From positions 1 to 16,777 of the forward strand of contig JBQTGV010000220.1 in assembly GCA_052390515.1 (NCBI GenBank): a DNA stretch of 16,777 bases. The letters run 5' to 3'. The translations under genes were made by a program, and so were the position numbers. The notes beneath the pieces were generated by a model. It had not been told where the DNA came from. It searched no databases and was given only the letters and a program-made list of their open reading frames with translations. Shown here piece after piece: positions 1 to 7,823 of this stretch (within the stretch, counting starts at the first letter, position 1; each line of letters opens with the position of its first letter). The stretch is from Candidatus Eiseniibacteriota bacterium. GTDB taxonomy: Bacteria; ARS69.

Positions 1-2
1 CC

Positions 3-638
3 TCTGCTCTGGTCGATCTGGCCATGAGCCCGACGGCCGCTCTGAACCCGTTCGTGATCGCGGCCGACGACTACGAGGAGGTCGTGGGAGCGAACGCTCT
101 CGACTACCACTGGTTCGGCGCGCGGTACACCGATACGGGGATCAGCGTCGGCAACAACGGCGCCGTCCGGCTCGGCACGAACGTCTGGCTGAACATCAAT
201 CCGGTGAACCAGCCCTTCCCCGCGACGAACCACTCCGACATTCTCGCCGCGTTCTGGGACGATCTGGATGCGACCAACGCAGGCGACGTCTGGTTCGACA
301 CGATGGCCGGTGGCTTCCTCGTCCACTGGCGGGGCGTGGAGATCTTCGGGCTCGCCGGCTCGAACATGAACCTGGAGATCATCTACCGGACGAATCCCGA
401 TCCCTGCTCGCAGGCGGGGTATCCACCCTGCTCGGAGATCCAGCTCGTGTACGGCGTGCTCGACGGAGCCGGCGACGTGGCCCGCGCCACGGGCAGCGGC
501 GCGTCGATCGGGATGCAGAACAACGCCGCCAGCCTCTACCACTCGTTCAGCGTCAACACCGCGAACGCGGTCCGCGAGGGGTACACGATCACCTACGCGT
601 GGGACGGAACGGCCGGCGACTACGTCAGGGTGCGGTAG
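3..638 (+). CDS. C-terminal part of a probable secreted/surface protein with a NIDO-like beta-rich domain (probably 5'-truncated by the window edge)
   Basis: The frame is open from the window start (TCT GCT CTG GTC GAT CTG GCC ATG) with no SD before ATG 24. The pattern DD..(Y/F)xWFGxxY..ISVGNNG..P..ILAAFWDDL..VHW..EIQLVY..ASIGMQN resembles the 'IAPFWDDL' extracellular domain of bacterial secreted proteins. Stop TAG at 636-638. Confidence 0.6.
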   Translation, partial: SALVDLAMSPTAALNPFVIAADDYEEVVGANALDYHWFGARYTDTGISVGNNGAVRLGTNVWLNINPVNQPFPATNHSDILAAFWDDLDATNAGDVWFDTMAGGFLVHWRGVEIFGLAGSNMNLEIIYRTNPDPCSQAGYPPCSEIQLVYGVLDGAGDVARATGSGASIGMQNNAASLYHSFSVNTANAVREGYTITYAWDGTAGDYVRVR

Positions 639-1782
639 AGCTCGCCAGGTCCTTCCGCCCTTCCGTGTAGATCCGGTAGCAGGCGAGGAAGAGCGAGAGC
701 GCCGCGGGGCCGAGCAGGATTCCCAGGAATCCGAACACCTTCAGTCCGCCGAGCAGGGCGAGGAAGAGCCAGAGGATCGGCAGCCGCGTCTGCCTTCCGA
801 TGAGCCACGGCTTGAGCACGTTGTCGACGAGGCTGACCACCAGCGTCCCCCAGATCAGCAGGCCCACGCCCGCGGCCGTCCTTCCGGTGACGATCAGGCC
901 GATGCCCACCGGCAGCCAGACCGCCACCGGGCCGACGAAAGGAATGAGTGCCGAGACGAGCGTCACGGCTCCGAGAACGACGGGTACGGGTGCCCCGGCC
1001 ACGGCGAATCCGATTCCTGCGAGCACCGCCTGCACCGCCGCGGTGATGACCACGCCGCGGAACACGGCGTTGATGGTGTCGCCGGCGATCTGAAGCAGGT
1101 TCGAGGCGTGCTCCGGCTCGAGGGGAAGCGCCCGCTTGACCTGCTCGAGCCAGCCCGGTCCGTGACGCAGGAAGAAGAAGTAGATGAGCGCGGTCACGAC
1201 GCCGCCCAGGAAGCGGGCCGGCGCGCTGCGACCGATCTCTTGCAGCTGGCCGAGTGCGAGGTCGCAGAAACCGGAAACGGCCTGCCGCAGGGCCTCCTCG
1301 ATTCCCGCGGCTCCCGGTTCCACGATGTCGGGAAGCAGCTGCACGACGATCGGCTTCAGCCGCGAACCCTCGAGCCAGGCGGCCACCCTCTGGAACGTCT
1401 CCCCGCCGAGGTACTCCCGGATGGACGGCCACAGGTTCTGAACCTGCGAGGCGAAGTTGATCAGCAGCAGCGCGGCGGGCGCGGCGAAGATCAGGATCGT
1501 GAAGAAGGTGGAGAGCGCCGCCGCGGTACGCTCGCGGCCGCCGACGAGACGCAGCACGCGCTGGTGCATCGGGAAGAACAGGGCGGCGAGGGCGGCGGCC
1601 CAGAGGATCGCGCGCAGCACGGGGGCGTAGATGATGATGAGGAAGGCGAGCAGCCCGAGCACGATGGCGCCGAATCCGAGCGCCAGCGCGATCCTACGAA
1701 ACTCGGCGACGCCGGACGCCACCAGACCCGACCGGCGCGCCGCGGGGGAACCTGTCTCGTCGGGACCCGAGGTCGTGGACAT
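625..1782 (-). CDS. AI-2E family (PerM/TqsA/YdiK-like) membrane transporter
   Basis: Multi-TM hydrophobic protein with family-like segments AILWAAALAALFFP, YFFLRHG, ALIPFVG, VDNVLKPWLIG and GGLKVFGFLGILLGP. ATG 1782 is preferred over GTG 1803. The 3' end overlaps the convergent upstream ORF by 14 bp. Confidence 0.88.
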   Translation of the reverse strand: MSTTSGPDETGSPAARRSGLVASGVAEFRRIALALGFGAIVLGLLAFLIIIYAPVLRAILWAAALAALFFPMHQRVLRLVGGRERTAAALSTFFTILIFAAPAALLLINFASQVQNLWPSIREYLGGETFQRVAAWLEGSRLKPIVVQLLPDIVEPGAAGIEEALRQAVSGFCDLALGQLQEIGRSAPARFLGGVVTALIYFFFLRHGPGWLEQVKRALPLEPEHASNLLQIAGDTINAVFRGVVITAAVQAVLAGIGFAVAGAPVPVVLGAVTLVSALIPFVGPVAVWLPVGIGLIVTGRTAAGVGLLIWGTLVVSLVDNVLKPWLIGRQTRLPILWLFLALLGGLKVFGFLGILLGPAALSLFLACYRIYTEGRKDLASSTAP

Positions 1783-1826
1783 GGCGGGGGCGAGTATACT
1801 CACCCGGCCGCGGTCGACCAGCTCGA

Positions 1827-4124
1827 TCAGAGATCGACGTTGCGGAGCCGCAGGGAATTGGCGATGACCGAGACCGACGAGAGGCTCATCGCGGCCGCGG
1901 CGAACATGGGTCCGAGCAGGATGCCGAACGCGGGATAGAGGACGCCGGCCGCGACCGGAACGCCCGCCGCGTTGTAGAGGAAGGCGAAGAGCAGGTTCTG
2001 GCGGATGGTCGCCATGGTCGCGCGGCTGAGCTCCCGCGCGCGCACGATGCCGCGCAGATCGCCCTTCACCAGCGTCACGCCGGCGCTCTCGACGGCGACG
2101 TCGGTTCCGGTGCCCATGGCGATTCCGACGTCGGCAGTGGCGAGCGCGGGCGCGTCGTTGACGCCGTCGCCCGCCATCGCGACGATCCGTCCGCTCTCCT
2201 GGAGCTCCTTCACCTTCGCGGCCTTCTCATCGGGGAGGAGCCCGGCGACGACCTCGTCGATTCCGAGACGGCGAGCCACCGCGTCGGCGGTCACGCGGTG
2301 GTCACCGGTGAGCATGACGAGGCGCAGCCCGGCGGCGTGAAGCGCCGCGACCGCTTCCGCCGCCCCCGCCTTGACCGGATCGGCGGCCACGAGGTACCCG
2401 GCCGCCTCCCCGCCGACGGCGGCGAACAGCACCGAACGGCCGTCCGCGCGCCAGGCCTCGGCACGGGCGGCGAGGCGCGACGCGTCGACGCCGGACTCCT
2501 CCAGGAAACGCCGGGTGCCGAGCAGCACGCGCCGTCCGTCGACGAAGCCGGTCACTCCGCGCCCGGGAAGCGTGCGCACGGCCCCGGCCTCGGTCCGTGG
2601 CACTCCGCGGCTCTCCGCTGCGGCGACGACGGCGGCCGCCAGCGGATGCTCGCTGCCGCGCTCGACCGCGGCCGCCACGCGCAGCAGCTTCTCTTCGCTC
2701 AGGGTGTCCGACTCGATCCGCTCGAGCACCGGCCGTCCCTCGGTCAGCGTTCCAGTCTTGTCCAGCGCGAGGATCTCCACGGAGCGCAGCGTCTCGATGG
2801 CCTCGGCGTCCCGGAAGAGCACGCCGGCCCTCGCGCCACGGCCCGCCGCCACCGTGACGGCCATCGGCGTGGCCAGACCGAGGGCACACGGACAGGCGAT
2901 GATCAGCACGGCGACGGCGTTCACCAGGGCGAAGGCCAGACGGGGCGACGGTCCGAAGAGCGCCCAGAGTACGAACGCCGCCGCCGCGACGGCGACGACC
3001 GCGGGGACGAACCAGGCCGAGACCGCGTCCGCCAGCCGCTGCACCGGCGCGCGGCTGCGCTGCGCATCGGCCACCATCTGCACGATGCGGGCGAGGAGGG
3101 TGTCCCGGCCGACGCGCTCCGCGCGCATGGTGAGCGGGCCGTTGCCGTTGAGCGTCGCGCCGATGAGCCGGTCCCCGGCACCTTTCTCGACGGGGATGGG
3201 CTCGCCGGTGACGATGGACTCGTCCACCGAGCTCGTTCCCTCGAGCACGATGCCGTCGACGGGGACCTTCTCTCCCGGACGGACGCGGAGCCGATCGCCG
3301 GCGGCGACGTGCTCGAGCGGCACGTCCGACTCGGAGCCGTCCGCCTCGATGCGTCGCGCCGACTTCGGAGCGAGGCCGAGGAGCTCGCGGATGGCGGCGC
3401 CGGTGCGGCCGCGCGCACGCAACTCCAGCACCTGTCCAAGCAGCACGAGGGTGACGATGACCGCCGCCGACTCGAAGTAGACCGGCACCAGTCCGTCGTG
3501 TCCGCGGAACGAAGCGGGGAAAGCCACCGGGCGCAACGTGGCGAAGACGCTGTAGAGGTAGGCGGTTCCGGTGCCGAGCCCGATCAGCGTGAACATGTTG
3601 GGGCTCTGTCGGAGCACCGACGTCCAGGCCCGCTGGAAGAACGGAAGCCCGCCCCACAGGACGACGGGCGTCGCCAGGGCGAGCTCGAGCCAGCGTAGCG
3701 CACCATCCGCGGAGTGTCCGAGTCCCATGGCGACGACGACGAGCGGCGCGGTGAGGACCGCGCAGACTACGAAGCGGCGACCCATGTCGGCGAGCTCCGG
3801 GTCGTCGACCGGCTCCGCAGTGATCTCCATGGGCTCGAGCGCCATTCCGCACTTCGGGCAGCTGCCCGGGCCGACCTGCCGGACCTCCGGATGCATAGGG
3901 CAGGTGTAGACGGCGCCGGGAACGGCTGGTTCGTCGCGCCCGCCCGGAGTCGTTCCCGCCGGGAGAGCCCCTGCCGCCGCCAGGTACTTCGCCGGGTCCT
4001 TCGCGAAACGTTCCCGGCATGCCTCGCAGCAGAACCGGTACGTCGTCCCCGCGTGCACGTGGGACGGAGCCGCCTCCGACGTCACGGTCATGCCGCACAC
4101 GGGATCGATGCTGGGTTCGATCAT
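1827..4124 (-). CDS. copA: Copper(I)/silver-translocating P1B-1 ATPase with N-terminal YHS and heavy-metal-binding (CPMHP) domains
   Basis: TGEP actuator motif, transmembrane CPC, DKTGT phosphorylation site, [15 protein letters not shown], and the YN and MSLSS motifs of P1B-1 pumps. The N-terminus has [14 protein letters not shown] (YHS) and YTCPMHP..CPKCGM. Start re-called to ATG 4124 (765 aa) because the 49 extra codons run across the divergent promoter region. Confidence 0.95.
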   Translation of the reverse strand: MIEPSIDPVCGMTVTSEAAPSHVHAGTTYRFCCEACRERFAKDPAKYLAAAGALPAGTTPGGRDEPAVPGAVYTCPMHPEVRQVGPGSCPKCGMALEPMEITAEPVDDPELADMGRRFVVCAVLTAPLVVVAMGLGHSADGALRWLELALATPVVLWGGLPFFQRAWTSVLRQSPNMFTLIGLGTGTAYLYSVFATLRPVAFPASFRGHDGLVPVYFESAAVIVTLVLLGQVLELRARGRTGAAIRELLGLAPKSARRIEADGSESDVPLEHVAAGDRLRVRPGEKVPVDGIVLEGTSSVDESIVTGEPIPVEKGAGDRLIGATLNGNGPLTMRAERVGRDTLLARIVQMVADAQRSRAPVQRLADAVSAWFVPAVVAVAAAAFVLWALFGPSPRLAFALVNAVAVLIIACPCALGLATPMAVTVAAGRGARAGVLFRDAEAIETLRSVEILALDKTGTLTEGRPVLERIESDTLSEEKLLRVAAAVERGSEHPLAAAVVAAAESRGVPRTEAGAVRTLPGRGVTGFVDGRRVLLGTRRFLEESGVDASRLAARAEAWRADGRSVLFAAVGGEAAGYLVAADPVKAGAAEAVAALHAAGLRLVMLTGDHRVTADAVARRLGIDEVVAGLLPDEKAAKVKELQESGRIVAMAGDGVNDAPALATADVGIAMGTGTDVAVESAGVTLVKGDLRGIVRARELSRATMATIRQNLLFAFLYNAAGVPVAAGVLYPAFGILLGPMFAAAAMSLSSVSVIANSLRLRNVDL

Positions 4125-4129
4125 GGAGC

Positions 4130-4160
4130 CATCTATGCGGCGCACGAGAGATCGCGTCAA
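4130..4160 (-). promoter_or_regulatory. Candidate sigma70 promoter of copA
   Basis: The minus strand reads TTGACG (4160-4155), then 17-19 nt, then a weak -10 region CATAGATG a few nt before ATG 4124. No SD is visible. Confidence 0.4.
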
Positions 4161-4222
4161 CGGCTGGCGCGTCCGGGCGCCCGCTGCGGGGCAGACCGCG
4201 AAGGCGCGTGACCGCTCCCTCG

Positions 4223-4264
4223 TGCTAGATTGACTGCTTCCACCCACAACGGCCGAGTGGAGGT
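4223..4264 (+). promoter_or_regulatory. Extended -10 promoter and RBS of the VOC gene
   Basis: TG-C-TAGATT at 4223-4231. GGAGGT at 4259-4264, 5 nt before ATG 4270. Confidence 0.55.
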
Positions 4265-4269
4265 TCGCC

Positions 4270-4629
4270 ATGGGTCAGCCCGTCGTGCACTGGGAGTTCT
4301 GGTCCGAGGACCCGGAGAAGGTTTCGAGCTTCTACAAGAAGGTGTTCGGCTGGGAGATCCGCCACATCCCGGAGATGAACTACCGCCTGGTCGAGACCGG
4401 CGGGACGGGAGGAATCAACGGCGGGATCATGACGCCGCAGAAGGGGCCGTGGCCTGGGAAGATGGCGTTCTACATCGACGTCGACGACATCGAGGCGTTC
4501 GCGGGGAAGATACGGGAAGCAGGCGGGGAGATCGTCGTCGACAAGGTGGACGTTCCGGGGGTGGGACAGTTCGCCCTGTTCGAGGATCCGGAAGGACGGG
4601 TGCTGGGGATGTGGAAGCAGCGGAAGTGA
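4270..4629 (+). CDS. VOC / glyoxalase-bleomycin resistance family protein
   Basis: 119 aa with [59 protein letters not shown], a typical VOC-fold pattern. Strong SD. Confidence 0.9.
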   Translation: MGQPVVHWEFWSEDPEKVSSFYKKVFGWEIRHIPEMNYRLVETGGTGGINGGIMTPQKGPWPGKMAFYIDVDDIEAFAGKIREAGGEIVVDKVDVPGVGQFALFEDPEGRVLGMWKQRK

Positions 4630-4700
4630 GTTCGGCGGAAGGCCCTTGCGCCCCGGTGCTCGTTTCCCCATCAGGACACCGCGTCTTCCGTGCCGGCCGG

Positions 4701-4749
4701 TTGACCCGGCGTGCGTCGAAGCCGATAATGGTTGGGTCGAATCGGAGGT
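4701..4749 (+). promoter_or_regulatory. Sigma70 promoter and RBS for the leader ORF plus efflux operon
   Basis: TTGACC (4701-4706), 17 nt, GATAAT (4724-4729). SD GGAGGT at 4744-4749, 7 nt before GTG 4757. Confidence 0.7.
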
Positions 4750-4756
4750 CGGTCGA

Positions 4757-5161
4757 GTGTTCTCGAAGGCGTTTCGCGTGCTGGCGGCACTCCTGGTCGC
4801 CGTGCCCCTCGGGGTCGGAGGCCTGTGCTGCTGCCTCCTCGGCGCCCCCGACGCGCATCGCCACGCGGCCGCCCCCACCGCCCTCGCGCCCTGCTGCGCC
4901 GACGAGAACACGCCGGCGGCACCTCGGCCCGGCCCCGCGGACGACGAGGACTGCTCGTGCCCGTCCCGCGATGCCGGCGTGCTCGCCGCGTCGGTTCCGG
5001 CCGAGGGCGCGGCGCCGACCGCGCCGGCGTGCGTCGCCGTGACGGTGGTGCCGACGGTCGAGTCCATCCTGGCAGGTCCGGCCGGTCTGTCCGTCCGAAC
5101 GACGCCGTACCCGCCACCGAAGGTCCCGGCCTACCGGACGCTCTGCGCCATCCTCTGCTGA
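4757..5161 (+). CDS. Cys-rich, Pro-rich exported leader protein (134 aa), putative metal-responsive translational regulator (CutF/CruR/DUF2946-like architecture)
   Basis: Start re-called to GTG 4757 from the SD and promoter. It has an N-terminal hydrophobic signal/TM segment (MFSKAFRVLAALLVAVPLGVGGL), then CCC, HRH, CC and CSC, an Ala/Pro linker, and the C-terminus PYPPPKVPAYRTLCAILC. It is the first gene before tolC-cusB-cusA. Confidence 0.7.
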   Translation: MFSKAFRVLAALLVAVPLGVGGLCCCLLGAPDAHRHAAAPTALAPCCADENTPAAPRPGPADDEDCSCPSRDAGVLAASVPAEGAAPTAPACVAVTVVPTVESILAGPAGLSVRTTPYPPPKVPAYRTLCAILC

Positions 5162-5163
5162 TC

Positions 5164-5229
5164 CTCCTTTCCGTGAAGCACTGACGCGGCGGGGCGAAGT
5201 ACGCCCTGCCGCTCCCGAACGGAAGGGAG
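5164..5229 (+). promoter_or_regulatory. RBS-sequestering nested stem-loop between the leader ORF and the TolC-family gene
   Basis: Outer stem CTCCTTTCCGT (5164-5174) pairs with ACGGAAGGGAG (5219-5229): 11 bp with one G:U, covering the SD. Inner stem GCGGCGGGGCG (5186-5196) pairs with CGCCCTGCCGC (5202-5212): 11 bp with one G:U, loop AAGTA. Confidence 0.75.
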
Positions 5230-5235
5230 TTCCTC

Positions 5236-6513
5236 ATGAGATCGCTTGCCATGCTGTTCGTCGCGCCGTCGTGCGCTCTCCTCGTCTTGCTGGCGGGAGC
5301 GCGAGCGGCGTGCGCTCCGGCCGCCGAGGGCGACACGCTCGACCTGCAGGGCCTGCTGCGAGAGGCCGTGGCGAATCATCCGGAGGCCTCTCGCGCACGT
5401 GCTGCCGCCCGGGCGGAGGAGGAGCGAGTGCCGGCGGCCGGCGCGCTGGAGAACCCCGTTCTGGAGCTCGCGCTCGACGAGCGGCCGTTCGACGGGAGCC
5501 GCGCCGGTCAGCGGCAGATCGGCCTCTCACAGGCGGTCCCGTTCCCGGGCAAGCGCGGGAGGCGGACCGAGGCGGCCCGCCACCAGGCCGACGCCGCACG
5601 CGAAGCGGCGCATGCGGTGGAGCGCACGATCATCGCCGAAGTGAAGGTTGCCTACTGGGAGCTGTTCCTGCAGGAGAACCGTACCGCGATCCTCCGCGAG
5701 AGCCGCACGACGCTGTCCGACGTGGTGGCTTCGGCGCGCGCCCGGTACGAGACCGGCCTGGGCGGACAGCAGGAGCTGCTCCTCGCGATGGTGGAAGCCG
5801 GCAAGCTCGACGGCGAGATCCTCCACGGCGAGGCGGTCACGTCCGCCGCTCGATCGCAACTGAACCTTCTCGTGGGGCGCGATGCCGAGGCTCCGCTCGG
5901 TCGGGCCGTGGTCGATTCGCTCACGCCGTTCGATGCACGTCTCGAGGATCTCGTCGCGGCAGCCCGTGACACGCACCCGTCGGTGCGCGCGGCGGAGGGA
6001 GAAGCGGCCGCTGCCGCCGCGGAAACTCGTCTCGCGGCCACCGCCGCGCGACCGGACTTCGAGCTCGGCGGAATGTACATGCAGATGCCGGGGGAGTCGG
6101 ACGAGTGGCGGGCGTCGCTGGGAGTCACCCTTCCCGCCTGGAAGGGGCGAAAGGAGGATGCCGCCGCGCGGGAGGCCGCTCACCGTCACGAGGCGGCGCT
6201 CGGCGCGCTCGACGCGGAGCGCCTGCGCGCGGCCGCCTCCGTCGAGGAGCAGTACGCGCACGTCGCGTCCGAGCGGCAGATCGTGGAGCTGTATCGCCGC
6301 GAGATCCTGCCGCAGGCGGAGCTCGCCTACCGCAGCGCCCGGACCGGCTATCTCGCCGGCCGCGAGACGTTCCTCGTGCTGCTCGAGGCGGTGCGAACGA
6401 GCCTCGAGCTCCGCGAGTCCTACTACGAGTACTTCGCCGACTCGGAGATGCACCTCGCCTGGCTCGAGCAGGCGGTAGGTCAGGATCTCGTTCCATGGGA
6501 GGTGGCGCCATGA
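5236..6513 (+). CDS. TolC-family outer membrane efflux protein (CusC/CzcC role)
   Basis: Signal peptide and two OEP-like repeats (ANHPE..LENP..LSQAVPFPGKRG; DTHPSV..RPDF..VTLPAW; AYRSA..Y..G..FL.LL). First structural gene of an RND operon. Confidence 0.9.
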   Translation: MRSLAMLFVAPSCALLVLLAGARAACAPAAEGDTLDLQGLLREAVANHPEASRARAAARAEEERVPAAGALENPVLELALDERPFDGSRAGQRQIGLSQAVPFPGKRGRRTEAARHQADAAREAAHAVERTIIAEVKVAYWELFLQENRTAILRESRTTLSDVVASARARYETGLGGQQELLLAMVEAGKLDGEILHGEAVTSAARSQLNLLVGRDAEAPLGRAVVDSLTPFDARLEDLVAAARDTHPSVRAAEGEAAAAAAETRLAATAARPDFELGGMYMQMPGESDEWRASLGVTLPAWKGRKEDAAAREAAHRHEAALGALDAERLRAAASVEEQYAHVASERQIVELYRREILPQAELAYRSARTGYLAGRETFLVLLEAVRTSLELRESYYEYFADSEMHLAWLEQAVGQDLVPWEVAP

Positions 6514-7823
6514 AGCGCACCGTGCTCGTCGCGCTCCTCGCGACGGCCCTCGCCCTCTTCGCCCTGACGGCCTGCTCGCCGCGTGAGGGGAAGGGCGATG
6601 CTTCGCGGGAAGAGACCTGGTTCTGCCCCATGCACCCGCAGGTCATCTCCGACCGACCGGGAGAGTGCCCGATCTGCCACATGAGTCTCGTCCCGGCGAC
6701 CGAGGCGGGGACGGACGGGGCGATGAGCGCGCACGTCGGCGAGCTCGAGACCGGTGCCGGTGCGCCCGCGGGTCACGCCCCGATCTCGATCAGCGCCGAG
6801 AAGGCGCGCCTCATCGGAATGCGCTGGGAGGTCGTGACGCGCGCTCCGTTCGCCGCTCCCATCCGGACGGTCGGCCGCATCGAGTTCGACGAGAGGCGCG
6901 TCCACCACGTACACACGCGCTACGAGGGGTACGTCGATCACGTCTTCGCGGATTTCGGCGGGAAGTTCGTCCGCAAGGGTGAACCGCTCGCGTCGATCTA
7001 CAGCCCGGAGCTCCTGACCACGCAGGAGGAGTACCTGCTCGCGCTGGCGGCCGCCCGTGACGCCGCGGCCCGCGATGGATCCGTGCCACGCGCCGCCCAG
7101 GAGCTGGTCGACGCCGCGAAGCGCCGGCTGCTCCTCTGGGAGGTGGACCCCGCCGAGATCGAGGAGCTGGAGCGGACCGGCAAGCCGCTGGAGACGCTGC
7201 GCATCTACGCGCCCATCTCGGGAGTGGTGACCGAGCGCACCGCGTATCACGGCATGAAGGTCGGTCCCGAGGACACGCTCTTCGATCTGGCCGACCTGTC
7301 CCGCGTGTGGGTGATCGCGGACGTGTACGAGTACGAGCTGCCCCGCGTCGCGGTGGGGCAGGAGGGCATGATGACGCTGCCCTACTGGCCGGGCCGCATT
7401 TGGACCGGTGCCGTCGGGTACATCTTCCCCACGGTCGACGAGAAGGCTCGAACGGTGAAGGTGCGCCTCGAGTTCGAGAACGCGGGCGGAGATCTCAAAC
7501 CCGGGATGTTCGCCGACGTCGTCCTTTCCGGCCGTTCCGCGACGGCACTCTCCGTTCCCGAGGACGCGGTGCTGGACAGCGGCACGCGCAAGCTCGTCTT
7601 CGTGCGAACCGGGGAGGAGAGGCTCGAGCCGCGGGAGGTGGTGACCGGAGTGCGGGCCGGCGGCCGCATGGAGATCCTCCAAGGCGTCACCGAGGGGGAT
7701 TCCGTGGCGCTCGGGGCGAACTTCCTGCTCGACTCCGAGTCCCGCTTGCGGGCGGCCGTGTCGTCGGCGTCGGGAGGCGCCACCAGGCCCGTCGATGATC
7801 ACGCCGGGCACGGCCGGCCATGA
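6510..7823 (+). CDS. cusB: Heavy-metal efflux RND periplasmic adaptor (CusB family) with lipobox and N-terminal CPMHP metal-binding domain
   Basis: The real start ATG 6510 overlaps the upstream stop (ATGA) and has SD GGAGGT. MKR-hydrophobic-LTAC lipoprotein signal, WFCPMHP..CPICHMSLVP, IYSPEL..QEEYL, APISGVV, ADLSRVWV.ADVYE, LKPGMFA and NFLLDSESRL. 437 aa. Confidence 0.92.
   Translation: MKRTVLVALLATALALFALTACSPREGKGDASREETWFCPMHPQVISDRPGECPICHMSLVPATEAGTDGAMSAHVGELETGAGAPAGHAPISISAEKARLIGMRWEVVTRAPFAAPIRTVGRIEFDERRVHHVHTRYEGYVDHVFADFGGKFVRKGEPLASIYSPELLTTQEEYLLALAAARDAAARDGSVPRAAQELVDAAKRRLLLWEVDPAEIEELERTGKPLETLRIYAPISGVVTERTAYHGMKVGPEDTLFDLADLSRVWVIADVYEYELPRVAVGQEGMMTLPYWPGRIWTGAVGYIFPTVDEKARTVKVRLEFENAGGDLKPGMFADVVLSGRSATALSVPEDAVLDSGTRKLVFVRTGEERLEPREVVTGVRAGGRMEILQGVTEGDSVALGANFLLDSESRLRAAVSSASGGATRPVDDHAGHGRP

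Noticed and set aside
2298-4098. Several long ORFs overlapping copA (466, 598, 369 aa)
   Set aside because: Alternative-frame or antisense shadows of a clearly identified ATPase.
4646-4756. N-terminal extension of the leader ORF from TTG 4646
   Set aside because: It spans the predicted promoter and SD. GTG 4757 gives a proper signal-like N-terminus.
4125-4756. CueR/MerR-type or CsoR operator at the copper promoters
   Set aside because: No ACCTTCC..GGAAGGT-like dyad or TAC-G/C-tract-GTA box is visible. The cus promoter fits a normal 17-bp spacer and has only a 4-bp CGGC/GCCG dyad.
6105-6509. 135-aa N-terminal extension of CusB in the ORF track
   Set aside because: It lies inside the TolC gene. 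The real start is ATG 6510, with SD, ATGA coupling and a signal peptide.
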